The notes under the pieces: model-generated
Told to the model about the DNA's origin: nothing
The model's database searches: none
Seen by the model: the letters and a program-made list of their open reading frames with translations, nothing else
Made by a program: the position numbers and the translations under genes
Assembly (NCBI RefSeq): GCF_009914755.1
Contig: NC_060931.1
DNA length: 64,000 nt
Source of the DNA: the human T2T-CHM13v2.0 reference genome, Homo sapiens
Strand: one strand, 5' to 3'
In this document: positions 41,480 through 54,700 of the stretch, one piece after another
How positions within the stretch are numbered: the first letter of the stretch is position 1
Layout of the letters: each line of letters starts with the position of its first letter

Positions 41480-42290
41480 CTCAGTGCACATAATAAAAAG
41501 AAAAAGACAAAGACTCATGTCTACTTGATGTTTACATTTTTGCGGGGAGGGAGAGACAGAGATAAACAAATAAGTAAGGCATATAGTGTATTAGCAGGTG
41601 ATACCTGCAATGCAGAAAAGAAAAGGCAGACTAAGGTGAGGGAGACCAGGACTGTCAGAGTAAGGAGCGTTGAAATGACAATACATTGTTCAGAGTAGGG
41701 CCCAATGAGGAAGTGACCTTTGAGCAATGATTTCAAGGAGATGAAGGAAAGAGACATGTAGGTATCTGGGGGAAAAGAATTCCAGGCAGAGGGAGGAGCC
41801 AGTACAAATACCCTAAAAAAATATTTTAGGACCAATGAGGAGGCCCATATGACTGAAAAATTAAGGAAGGGAGTGGTAGACTTTATTTCCAAGCGGTAAT
41901 GGGGCAGGATGGATCATTTAAGACCTTGATGGCCTTAAGTGCTTTGTTGTTTTGTTTTCTTATTCCAAATAAAACTGGGAGCTAGTAGATGATTTGGAGA
42001 TGAGTGACATGATCTAGCATGTTCTAGAGGGCTGAGTTTGAGAGCTAGTTCAGAAGTAGGTGAAAGCAGGGAGATCAGTTAGGAATCTATTGCAGTAATC
42101 CAGGAAAAAGATGATGGTGGCCTTGTCCTGAGGGTTAGCAAAGAAGGTGATGAAAAAATGGATGGATTCTGAGTGTATTTTCATGATAGAGCCAGTTGAA
42201 TTTCCTAATGGATTGGCTATAGGGTGGGAGAGAAAAAGAGGATTTGGGAACCACTCTAAGGTTTTCAGCTGGAAGGCTGTTGGTGGAGTA
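41480..42290 (-). mobile_element. L2 fragment
   Basis: GTGACCTTTGAGC, TTCCAGGCAGAGGGAGGAGCCAGTACAAA and GAGTGACATGATC motifs. Confidence 0.65.
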
Positions 42291-42711
42291 AAGTTGAGGA
42301 TAATCTTTCATGTTTAGAGCATGCTGTTTGAGAGTGGTGGGGGGAAAATGTTGATTGGAGTGCATTAGAGAGATAATGGGAAAAGAGAATTTGGAGGTAA
42401 GTATTGATCATTAGCAATAGCAACAATAGCTACCGTAGATTAAAATGCCCCACAGTCTATGGGGATGTGATACATGAGGGAAGACAGGGCCAGATGGGAT
42501 GAGGTAGGATCCAGACATCAGACTCAGGAGCTACGAGTGGTATATATAAGGTTAACACCTAGTCAAATGCATAAACAGGTTGATTTTAATTGATGTCAGT
42601 TTTTCTCCATTGCCCCCTCTAGAGGCAATCTTCTTCAGAGAACCCTGGCTAGGTCTTCTATGTTTCATGTCCGTAGAGGGAGCTCCTGAGACTGTGGACA
42701 TTGGCTAATAT

Positions 42712-42724
42712 GCTGATGTCACTG
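42712..42724 (+). promoter_or_regulatory. Vbeta promoter CRE decamer (TRBV14)
   Basis: GCTGATGTCACTG about 105 bp upstream of the ATG. Confidence 0.8.
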
Positions 42725-42822
42725 GAGGCCACATCTTACAGGGCCAAGAGACAGATTTGCTTTCCTTTTTCTCATGCTTGTAAGCTCCTTCATCTGGAAA
42801 TGTGATTTACCTGGGTCCTGCC

Positions 42823-43255
42823 ATGGTTTCCAGGCTTCTCAGTTTAGTGTCCCTTTGTCTCCTGGGAGCAAGTGAGTCTTCAGGTACTTAAATATCTGTG
42901 CTGTACCCTATCCCAGTCTATTCATGTCATGTATTCTGTTTTTGTCTCTTCCCACAGAGCACATAGAAGCTGGAGTTACTCAGTTCCCCAGCCACAGCGT
43001 AATAGAGAAGGGCCAGACTGTGACTCTGAGATGTGACCCAATTTCTGGACATGATAATCTTTATTGGTATCGACGTGTTATGGGAAAAGAAATAAAATTT
43101 CTGTTACATTTTGTGAAAGAGTCTAAACAGGATGAGTCCGGTATGCCCAACAATCGATTCTTAGCTGAAAGGACTGGAGGGACGTATTCTACTCTGAAGG
43201 TGCAGCCTGCAGAACTGGAGGATTCTGGAGTTTATTTCTGTGCCAGCAGCCAAGA
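42823..43255 (+). CDS. TRBV14: TCR beta variable 14 (leader 42823-42871, V exon 42958-43255)
   Basis: Leader [16 protein letters not shown]; V exon [35 protein letters not shown]...[11 protein letters not shown]. Confidence 0.96.
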
Positions 43256-43294
43256 CACAGTGCTTCACAGTCGTGCCCTTGCTGTGCAAAACCA
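43256..43294 (+). other. 23-RSS of TRBV14
   Basis: CACAGTG + 23 nt + GCAAAACCA. Confidence 0.93.
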
Positions 43295-43868
43295 TAGCCT
43301 TCTCCTCTCAACTCACAGCTGCCCAAAAGGAAGGCTTTCCCTGTGCCTTCTCCCCCAAGGGAGGGGAGATAAAGAACCAGAATTAACTCATGAAATACAA
43401 GAGTATTCCAAGAAGATTTGGGTGAAAATACTTGTGGTTTGGGGGATCTCTGAAGTTTTTTAAACAGAACTCAAACTATGTGTTTCTCATATTTATTTTT
43501 ATTTTTTAAAGTGTATGTTGCCCTGGTTATAAAGCAGACTTCTTGCCTATCTTGCTGCTCTGAAAGGTTTGTGACTCTGACTGTGAGGCCACATCTTTAT
43601 ATCCCTTCTTATAGTAAGAGAAACAAGTCTTTCTGATGAAAATAAAAATAGTGAATAAAAATGCATTTACTACTGGCTTTTAGGATGCTCAATGATGATG
43701 CTAGCAATGGTGGTAGTGGTGACGTTGGTAATGGTGGTGATGAGTTTAGGTTGCTTTTGTCTAGCATTTATAAATTTCCAACCACTTTAAAACAATCTCA
43801 TTTTAGAGTGGAATAGCTAAGTCCATTATCAGAGGTTAATGCTAATTTTCTGTTCACATAGGGTCTGA

Positions 43869-44601
<733 letters not shown>

Positions 44602-47039
44602 TAATGAGACCTAATGGTATAATACATTCTACCTGGTTCAACTGCCTTCTTTTAATATCTGGATTCCAATATTCTGCTCATGTTTCAGCCATGTTTTTGC
44701 AAACAGTCCTGAAATTCACTCTAATAATAAGTTTCATTTTCCCAGTCTGATTGTTATTTAGCACCTCAAATTATTATTGAACTCATCCTAATCCTGATTA
44801 GGCAAATGGATAGTGAGAAAATATTACAAGTGGGCTTGGATTTTAATTTTTTCAAACAATTTAAAACCCATTTTCCTTTTCTAATGATCAAGATCCAATT
44901 TTTAGATAATCAGTACTCTCTCTTTCTATGTGGACATGTAATATGAATAGGTATATTGTTTCTGTCACAGGCATCGCAAACTCATATCTTGCTTGAAACT
45001 TGTCGATGAACTCCTTTAGTATGACAAGAACAAAGAGAAATAGATTTTTAAAGCATAGCCACATATTGGACATGAGTTTTTCTTCAAAATTTCAGCTGCA
45101 GAACCCTAACTGGTGCCTTTCCTTTTATTGTGTTATGTAATCTAAGGTCATAATAAGTAACTAAATTATTGATTTATTTTTCCACTCTGTAATCTCTCCA
45201 TTATATTTAAAAATAGCAGCTATGAAGCAAAACAAGTTCCTCGTGGGTACATTGCCTCAACTCCAAAATCTAACAAGCAGAAGTTTAATTCAGTGCTTTG
45301 CCATTTCATACTATAGACACCGAATGTCCTATCCTATAAGGGGCACACAGTGGTTCTCTTTATAGTTCTGTTAGCTCAAGTGGTATCTTTAGGTACAATT
45401 TTTAGAATTTTTTTATTTGTTAATCTTTCTTAAGGTATGATTGACAGAAAAAAATTGTAGGTATTTAAGGTATACAAGGCGATGTTTTGATATACATATA
45501 CATTGCAAAATGATTACCACACTCAAGTTAATTAACATATCCATCACCTCACAAAGTTACCTTTGTATGTATATGTATGGTGAGAATGATCTACTCTCAG
45601 AAAATTTCGAGTGTACAATAATCATTAACTATAGTCACCATGCTGTCCATTAGGTCTCCAGAACTTTCGAGCACACTCCAAAACATCAACTTTTATTCTG
45701 ATTAAGCCTCAAATATGTCTTCTTGTTGCAAATATTAGCTATTTTTAGATTAGCTATAAATAATGAAAAATGCTAGCATAAAAGATGGAAAGAATAAATG
45801 CAGATAAGGGCTCTAAGGTCTTTACACTTTCCAGGAAGTGATAAAAGCTGCAATTTAAATTATACATGAAGAAGTCAAGGATGGCAACTCCTATAAACAG
45901 CTGATACTTCAAACCTGGAATGTCTAGTGCTAAGCAGCCCGGACCCCTGCACCCAGCACACCTCTCTTTGGCATGATAGGAGGATGAGGGATCCAGGTCT
46001 TCTCCTCCCATGCTGCCCTTGGCCTTTATGTTTTGCCTTTCATTAGTAAGGCTTCTCCCTTAATTATCACCCTATGACAGGAAATTCATCCTAAGCCTGG
46101 ACACGTGAGAGATGGTAACTCTGAAGCAGCCCCCTGGGCATGACACCAAATGAGGCCACACCCAGAACAAATTGCAAGAAATAACAAGGTATTTCTTACA
46201 GAATCCCTAAGAGAACATGTCTGTCTGCATTTAAGTGTCTACAGTCATAAATGCACAGCATATGATTGGATCAGATGGAACTGAAAGACTTTCAGTGCTT
46301 CATGGTGCCCATAACTCTCATTGTCCTGAAGTGGTGTTGGCAGTGGACTCAGCAGGGTGCCGTGAGGATGGTGAGGCTACACACATACGATGCTGACCAA
46401 GCTGGCTACACAGATGGGCCAAACTCACCCTGTGATGGTAGACAGAGCTTACCAATGGGGTTCCATGAATGGACAATGGGCATGCTGCTGTAATAATCCC
46501 TTCGACCATGATGGAAGTCAGGCAAGACCCAGGCCATGGGAACATTGAAAACAGTCACCTCTAGCCTCAAGTATTTCCTACTGTTTGCCACACTGTGCCT
46601 ACAAATATCATTTATGATACAGCTTAAAATTTTCATGTTTATGAAAATTATTATCAGCCTTATCCAATCTGATATTTTGAATGAAATCACATTAAAACCA
46701 TATATTAATTTAAGAACTGGCATCTTCATAATAGTGAGTCTTCTACAGTTTCCTAGACCACTAAAAAATCATGGATTGCTATCTCAGACTTGAAATGGGT
46801 GATCCTTATTCTTCTCTCAGTCAGAACAGTGAAAGGTACAGATTCATGGCAGCTAGTCCAGCTTCTAAAAGTCAACTTCTAATTGTCTACTTTAGGACAA
46901 AAAAGAAATAATATCCTTAGGAAGGCCACCATGGAATTCATTCTATCTGAACAATCCTTACATAATATCATTTCTTATAATATGTCCTCAACATCGTGCT
47001 CTGCATATATTTCTCCACCATCTCTAAAAATCCTCTTAG

Positions 47040-47212
47040 CCCAGGCCTCCTCAAACTTTAATGTGCATGTAAATTATGACCTTGTTAAAATGCAGATTCT
47101 AATCCAATCAGTCAGGGTTGGAGCTAAGGTTCCCTGTATTTTGAACAAGAGTCCGTCCAAGTGATGCCAAAGCTGCCAGTCCATGGACCACAATGAGCAG
47201 CCAAGCTCTAGA
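47040..47212. mobile_element. MER5-like hAT MITE
   Basis: CTCAAACTTTAATGTGCAT...CTTGTTAAAATGCAGATTCT...GGACCACA. Confidence 0.65.
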
Positions 47213-47900
47213 TGACACCTACAATAATTACAGGTGTAAGGCCCCTCTTCTCAAGTATCATTTTGCACAGTTCCTGGACTAGGTCAGATACAGACCCTAC
47301 TTACCACATGTATCTCTGTATTCCAAGTATTACGTAATCATCAGTTTTCCTAAATCTAGGCACCAATATTTTAACATATATTTTCATGGTATAAATAGAA
47401 ATTAATTTTCTATAGTAAATACACTAATACCTAATCACATTCATGCATCTTTAATGTGAGTAGCAAAAAGCCAAGGCACTATCTTAATGGTTATTGAGTG
47501 AGACTTTAGCAAATACTATCTTTATGGAGAAACCTCTGGGCTGCTTTTTAGGATGTGAGAAAAGTGAGGTAAAGTGAGGAGAACTGGATGAACACGGGAC
47601 AGAGACAGGGACAGGGGCAAATATGGGGACACCTGTCTCAAGGAAGCAGCAAATGATATAGAAAATAAATATCTGTTCCATCCCTGTTCCAGACAAGCCC
47701 ATGTACCTGCCAAGTAGGAAGCTGTGTATCACATTGCAACAAGGAATGACCCCGGCCCTGGTAAAGTCAACAGCAACAGTCATCACAGGCCAATCTGCCT
47801 ATCAGGGACTGGAGACTCTCTAAACTCCCACCTCTCAACCCAGGAATCAGAGCCTGAGACAGACAGATGCTTCATTCCTGTATGGGGTGGTATTCCTGCC

Positions 47901-48369
47901 ATGGGTCCTGGGCTTCTCCACTGGATGGCCCTTTGTCTCCTTGGAACAGGTGAGTACCGGGCAGAAAGGAAATCTTTGAGCAAAGCTATCTTGTCCTCAG
48001 TCTGCACCTTTCATTCACAGCAGTAACACTGTTCTCCTTAACTCTGACTCCAAATTTGTCTTCTTTCTCTACAGGTCATGGGGATGCCATGGTCATCCAG
48101 AACCCAAGATACCAGGTTACCCAGTTTGGAAAGCCAGTGACCCTGAGTTGTTCTCAGACTTTGAACCATAACGTCATGTACTGGTACCAGCAGAAGTCAA
48201 GTCAGGCCCCAAAGCTGCTGTTCCACTACTATGACAAAGATTTTAACAATGAAGCAGACACCCCTGATAACTTCCAATCCAGGAGGCCGAACACTTCTTT
48301 CTGCTTTCTTGACATCCGCTCACCAGGCCTGGGGGACGCAGCCATGTACCTGTGTGCCACCAGCAGAGA
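47901..48369 (+). CDS. TRBV15: TCR beta variable 15 (leader 47901-47949, V exon 48075-48369)
   Basis: Leader MGPGLLHWMALCLLGT; V exon DAMVIQNPRYQVTQFGKPVTLSCSQTLNHNVMYWY...DAAMYLCATSR. Confidence 0.96.
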
Positions 48370-48408
48370 CACAGAGCTGCAGTGCTTCCTGCTCTCTGTT
48401 CATAAACC
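48370..48408 (+). other. 23-RSS of TRBV15
   Basis: CACAGAG + 23 nt + TCATAAACC. Confidence 0.92.
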
Positions 48409-50880
48409 TCATTGTTTCCCAGATCCAGGTGCTTTCTCTAGGACTTCTCCCTCACCACCTCTTACAACAATAGGAAGTGGGTTGGTGGCTGTCAATATCT
48501 GTAGACAGAAGTTGAGCACAAACCAATAAAAACCATTGACAGTTATGCCAAGAGTGGAAAAGTGGTTACACATGCCTGGCATTCAGTTGGTGGTATTTTC
48601 CCAGGATCACATTTAGAACCCATGCTGTCCTTTTCAGAAGACAAATAAGAACTTTTTCTTTCTTTTTTTCTTTGTTTTAATCTAAGTCAGAGGCTTAGAA
48701 ATATAAGAGGTGATATGTGAAGAATTATGGACACCCAATGTCTATAAAGTCCAGTCTCTGGCATTCGATGAACTCTTATAGGATTTAATCCTCCTGGAGA
48801 ATCCACATGTTTTTAGCCTAGACCTGGAGCAACTACCTCATTAATGGGAGAATGAAAGCACAAGTATCCCAAGATAAAAATTTCTCAGAGGTAAAACCAC
48901 ATTGGAGAGAAAAAAAGAGAAGACCATACATTAATCTGCTCATATCTGGAGCTGGAGGTACTATTGAGATGAGCAAATGGAAACCATAAATACATAAAGA
49001 AATGATATTGAAAATAGAGTACATTTGGAGATGAAGATCATGGAGCCATCTGTATAGAAGAGAGTAATAATGTCATTAAGGTGCATAAGAGTGCCAGCAA
49101 ATGTCAATAAGAAAAACTACAGGAGGGAAGAAGATGGGAGATCCTGCTCCCCTTAACAAAGATAAATAAAATGCTGAGTGAGAAATATTGCAACCTCATA
49201 AATTGTCACATGGAAGTATGTATTTATAAATTACCTTATAATTAACATCCCTCAATGAGAACGATATTCTGAGAAAAAAAAGCAGAAAATATAGTTATAT
49301 GGCTATCTAAAAATGTAAAATTTTGCACATTAAATTAAGATAATCTAGGAAAAATATGACAAGACCTATTACAAAAGAGCTTTTACAAATTGTTTGCTTT
49401 AATGATATTAATAACATAATGATAGCTAACATTTACTAAGCACATATTACATGCTAGACCTTAAGTCTTCTTCACATATATTTATAGTTCATGTTAGTTT
49501 TATAACAACCTCAGAAAGTTAATACTATAGTAACCTCACTCATTTATCCATGAGGAAACTGAGACACAGACAAGTAACTAGCCCTTTATCACGTATCTCG
49601 TTTGTGGTGGAGCCAGTATCAAAATGTAGACAATTTACTGCTGGAGCTCATTCTGTCTTCGGAGTTTACATGGATTCTAAGTCAGACCTTCAGATAGGAA
49701 GGTAAATGGTTATAAGCCAGAAGATTTCCACACTCTCACCAACATTGCACTGGCTTTTCTTTGGGTCTTGGCCAGAGGGTGAGCCCTTGTGACTATGCTT
49801 CACTGGTTGACTAGCTTTGAGTTGCACCGAGGACCAACATAGAGAAAGAAGGTCTTTGGGATAAACCTGGGAGGATGAAGGGTAAAAAATGCAGAACTTA
49901 AATCTTGATCCCAAGGGATCATTTAAAGATGAATGAGTCTCCCTTAGAGGATGAGAAATTAAACATAAACTCTTTAACTTGCAGAGATGCTGAAGTGTTT
50001 TCCTCAAGTAGTAAACTTTGAATCATGGTTATATGCATGGGAGGGAGCCTATGGGGATGGAACATGGATGAAAAAGTGACAGGATGTTCAGGGGGCAGGT
50101 GCGGGCAGAAAATCAGCTGCCTCCAAGAGTGGTGAGAGAAGCTGTAGAGCATCCTTTATCCAGACTGGCACAACATGCAGTCCAGAAGGCTGTGAGATAC
50201 GAGGAAAGGGTCACCATAAACTGCAACCTGACTATGTCAAAAATGACACTTGGAATCCGAGAGTGGGTACGTGTGGTGGTATCACAGATATACACCCACC
50301 CCATCCCCGCCCAACTGGGAGATAAGAGACTTACAGGTTTAGCACTTTCACCACTGGGACTAGAACCCTGGATTTAGCTAGAGGCTGGCTTAGACCTTTT
50401 CATGGTTCTTCTGTATGAACCACACAATTTAGAACCATACTATTTAGAGATGATCAATTTATACGACCTGCATAAAGCCTGTCTTTCCAGAAGAAGCTCA
50501 GGTTCAAAAAAAAAATTGATTCCTCTCTTGTCCTTCTCAATCTTCCCTCCTTCCTTCTTTCCTTTCTTCCTGCCTGCCTGCCTTCCTCATTAAGGATAGA
50601 CATGAACTAGTCACCTGTATACTCTCTGAGGTATGCTGTTAGTGCTGACAACACATTAGTTCAACCTAGAAAAACTAACCCTGTTTTATTTTATCTTATC
50701 TGAGAGTCTGAGACCCCTCTTTGATCCTTAAAAACTTGCCAATTTCTTGCCAAGCAAATATGTGCAGGGTTTTAGAGAGCCGTAGGTAACAGAGACAAAA
50801 TAGAAACAACACACAGAATTTGGAGGCAAAGCCTTTAGATCTCTAAAGCTTGAGGCCCCACTGCTGCTCTAAGCCTGCCT

Positions 50881-51412
50881 ATGGCACCAGGTTCCTCTGC
50901 TATGAGTCCCTCTGCCTCCTGAGGGCAGTGAGTCCTGGGCGTAGATAGTCTGTCTGCCTTGGGCACTCACACTGTAGTCTGTTTCCACACCTTCCTCTGG
51001 TAGTCCAATATTCACCCCCATTTTCCTCTCTAGCCCCTGCTCCTACACTCTAGTCCCACAGACTCTGTGGATATCCTAATCACAGAGACAGAAACAGAGG
51101 TGACACTCAGATGTGAGTGATGAAACTTACAATGCTGTAAACAAGACTCAGGACTTAGACTGCCTACTGATGTTCATTCTTGTGCCATTTGTTCAGCAAA
51201 TATGTATTTAGGAACTCCTGTATAACAGACCTTGTTTCCGGTTCTGGAAATAAGGTAATAAACAAACCAGAGAGACTTGTTTTAAACTCCTGGAATTTAT
51301 AAACCAAAGAGATGTATGTGATGAGAACAGTACGACTCTGGATAAGAAGGAACCTGTTACCTTAACACTGGCCAGTGCAAACCCAGTCTGGCAGACATCT
51401 GTGATCCTCTAG
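50881..51412 (+). pseudogene. TRBV relic upstream of TRBV16, split by an L2-like fragment
   Basis: CTGCCT-ATGGCACCAGGTTCCTCTGC...CTCCTGAGGGCA|GTGAGTCCTGGGC leader; CCCACAG acceptor at 51061; LITETETEVTLRCE; CCKQDSGLRL (compare WYKQDPGLGL); LTLASANPVWQTSVIL* at 51362-51412 (compare LTLESASPSQTSVYFC). Confidence 0.82.
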
Positions 51413-52817
51413 ACTTGTAAGGAATCCTATAGCTGTATAGCTCTTTGCATTTAAGGGCAAAACTAGACAAGACAGAACCTCACTCTCATGAATCCATGCC
51501 CTAAGAAAGAGAAGAAACTTCCCTCATAGGAACATTGGTGCAGTCTCGCAGTTTTCTTATCAAGTAGGAAAATTAGAACTGCTAAAACTTTGTGCCAGAA
51601 TTTAAGACAAATAAATTGCCTGGATCATGCATTATTTACAATTATATTTACAATTATATACAGATATTTTCCCTAATATAAATCTGTTGATGAACCACTT
51701 ATGTGGCATATAAATAGGACTTATTAAAAGTTAGATGCGGTGCTTTAGAAGATATATTAAAATTATTAGAGTCTGACTTAAATTTTTAATAGTAATACAA
51801 AATATAAAGTACCACAGCCTTGTTCAGAAGAAACAGGATTTCTGAAATCCACCAGAATAGCTTTCTAAAAGCCAGTATCTTATGGCCTTTAGTGGGCTGA
51901 AATACTTATAATGATGGATTGGAAAAATGGATGTTTGAGTGCATAAGGTTCACGAGTATAAGAAACAATTGGTACCTCCTAACTATAGATTGTCAGTTTC
52001 AGAGGATGAGAATGAATGTGCCCTCATCCTCATTTTAATTTTGAAAGACAATGCAGATATCCCTACTATAGAATCATTTTTTACATCACCACCTATAGAG
52101 ATTAACAACAGTAGATGTTTCCAGCTCCCTAAGAGGCCAAGAAGTATTAACCCAAGGTCAGATTCAGGTAATTGATCGTGACTCACGAATTTTCAGAGAT
52201 CCACAATGGTTGTTTTTAAATTTTCAGCAGTTATGTCTTTTTCTCTGGGGAGAGGGTATTCAAAGCTCCTCATGAGGCCATTCTGGACTACTTTTCCCCT
52301 CCTGCCCCCTGCCCATAAAACAGTTTACAGAAATAGGTGTCCAGACCGTGGGCTGTAGTTCACCAACTCCTGCTCTAGCCTAATTTTGTCTCATTACTAG
52401 AGCATGGCCATTCTGTGGATGCCAGTGAAGCCTTTCTGGGGTTTCTCTCCAATGCCTTTTAAAGCTTTTTCCTACACAGACACAGTTTACTGTTTAGCCA
52501 AAAAATTAAGATAATTCCTCCAGACATCTGGAGTTCTTGTGCAGCTTCCTCCTCTCTGGTGGTCTTTCCTTAAAAATTCTAGCTGCCTCAGCCCCCGCTG
52601 ATTTTGTAACCTGTTTCCGCAACTCAAAATTTGCCATGCTCTGTTGCTCTCTTCCCCATTGTGTATGTGCAGAAATTGCCCCCATGTTTTGGTGTTTTGG
52701 CAGAATCCCAGTCCTGTGCTGTCTGCTTTCCAGTGGCTGAATACAATTGTTTCACATATTCTCTTAATTTGTGTTACTTGTATAGAGCAGGATGCTAAAG
52801 GCAATTGGATTCTACAA

Positions 52818-52831
52818 AGTGATCACGTCAC
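52818..52831 (+). promoter_or_regulatory. Variant CRE element upstream of TRBV16
   Basis: AGTGATCACGTCAC about 85 bp upstream of the ATG; contains the CGTCA CRE half-site. Confidence 0.6.
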
Positions 52832-52911
52832 AGAGAAGCCGCCGACAGAGGTGGAGAGAGCCACACAGATAGCCAGCTGCCTGTGCTGCCTGCTCTTCCC
52901 CTAATTCTGCC

Positions 52912-53365
52912 ATGAGCCCAATATTCACCTGCATCACAATCCTTTGTCTGCTGGCTGCAGGTAAGTCCCTGTTCTGCAGTTGTCAGCTCCCTGCTCTAAG
53001 CCTTTCATCCATGTCATCGAACTCCCTCATGGGCTCAGTCTCCAACTCCTGTCTGCTTTCTTTACAGGTTCTCCTGGTGAAGAAGTCGCCCAGACTCCAA
53101 AACATCTTGTCAGAGGGGAAGGACAGAAAGCAAAATTATATTGTGCCCCAATAAAAGGACACAGTTATGTTTTTTGGTACCAACAGGTCCTGAAAAACGA
53201 GTTCAAGTTCTTGATTTCCTTCCAGAATGAAAATGTCTTTGATGAAACAGGTATGCCCAAGGAAAGATTTTCAGCTAAGTGCCTCCCAAATTCACCCTGT
53301 AGCCTTGAGATCCAGGCTACGAAGCTTGAGGATTCAGCAGTGTATTTTTGTGCCAGCAGCCAATC
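52912..53365 (+). CDS. TRBV16: TCR beta variable 16 (leader 52912-52960, V exon 53068-53365), open frame
   Basis: Leader MSPIFTCITILCLLAA; GTAAGT donor; V exon GEEVAQTPKHLVRGEGQKAKLYCAPIKGHSYVFWY...YFCASSQ with no internal stop. Confidence 0.95.
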
Positions 53366-53404
53366 CACAGTGTTAAATATTAGCTAATCTTAGGACACAG
53401 ACTC
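53366..53404 (+). other. 23-RSS of TRBV16 with degenerate nonamer
   Basis: CACAGTG + 23 nt + CACAGACTC (no A-tract). Confidence 0.85.
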
Positions 53405-53580
53405 ATCACGGACTCAGCTCAGGAAGCAGGTGGTATACTAGGTTGGAAGGAAATAACAGAAACTAGAGCTAGCTTAAGCCAAAGGGGAATGTATTATAAG
53501 GCTAAATGTATGTCCCATAGAACCACAAAGCAAGAACACAGGAACTTCCCAGAAATAAACTGCAATGAAACCTTAGAACC

Positions 53581-53882
53581 GGTGGCTGGCGCCTGTAATC
53601 CCAGAGCTTTGGGAGGCCGAGGCGGGAGGATCACAAAGTCAGGAGATCAAGACCATCCTGACTAACACGGTGAAACCCTGTCTCTACTAAAAAAAAAAAA
53701 AAAAAAATAGCCGGGCCTAGTGGTGGGCGCCTGTAGTCCCAGCTACTCGCTACTCGGGAGGCTGAGGCAGGAGAATGGCGTGAACCGGGAGGCGGAGCTT
53801 GCAGTGAGCCGAGATCGTGCCACTGCACTCCAGCCTGGACGACAGAACGAGACTCCATCTCAAAAAAACAAAAAACAAAAAA
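53581..53882 (+). mobile_element. AluY-like with TSD AAACCTTAGAACC
   Basis: TSD at 53568-53580 and 53883-53895. Confidence 0.9.
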
Positions 53883-54395
53883 AAACCTTAGAACCATGGC
53901 ATGGCTGATTGACAACTCATTTTTTATATACCTTGTCGGCCTCATTCTTTTATTATAAGTTGTCTTTTCTGTTTCTTAGGTCTTACAGTGATTAGAAAAT
54001 TGCAGATTTAGGTGTTAGCCCTCCAGTCAATTGAGACCAACGTGACTTTCTCTCATGCTAGATTACAAATCCAGGGTGCAGGGGGAAAAAATGTGATCCT
54101 GCTTTACTCAAGAATGGGCTCGTGGAAATCCAAGGGAATTGAATTATTTTGAACAAGATAGTATCTGGGAGTCTGTCCCTCTGACCTTGTGGACCAAGGA
54201 TTTCAAGGGGTGGAATCCAGTCAGAACATCCAATAGGCACCCATCACAAGTGAGAAGTTGGGGATAATACATTTTCTGGAATATAGAGACCTTGGGAAAA
54301 GAGAAGAGTTTGGAGAGGGGATCAAAACCTTATTATTTAGAACAATATCAGACCACGTAAAGAGTCTGGTTAATCTCTCTTTAAGAAATTAAACC

Positions 54396-54700
54396 GGCCA
54401 GGTGTGGTGGCTCACGGCTATAATCCCAGCACTTTGGAAGGCCAAAGCAAGCAGATCACCTGAGGTTGGGAGTTCAAGATCAGCCTGACCAACATGAAGA
54501 AACCCCATCCCTACTAAAAATACAAAATTAGCCAGGTGTGGTGGCACATGCCTGTAATCCCAGCTACTTAGGAGGCTGAGGCTGAAGAATTGCTTGAACC
54601 TGGGAGGGGGAGGTTGTGGTGAGCCGAGAGCGCACCACTGCACTCTAGCCTGGGCAACAAGAGCGAAACTCTGTCTCAAAACAATAAATAAATAAATAAA
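54396..54700 (+). mobile_element. Alu (Sp-like)
   Basis: Alu consensus with (TAAA)n tail. Confidence 0.9.

Noticed and set aside
42610-42628. TTGCCCCCTCTAGAGGCAA imperfect palindrome or CTCF-like motif upstream of TRBV14
   Set aside because: The match to the CTCF core is partial on both strands, and I cannot support it without a matrix scan.
42924-43463. Long 179-aa ORF over TRBV14, and similar extended ORFs over the other V genes
   Set aside because: This is read-through of intron and RSS sequence; the real coding unit is the spliced leader plus V exon ending at the heptamer.
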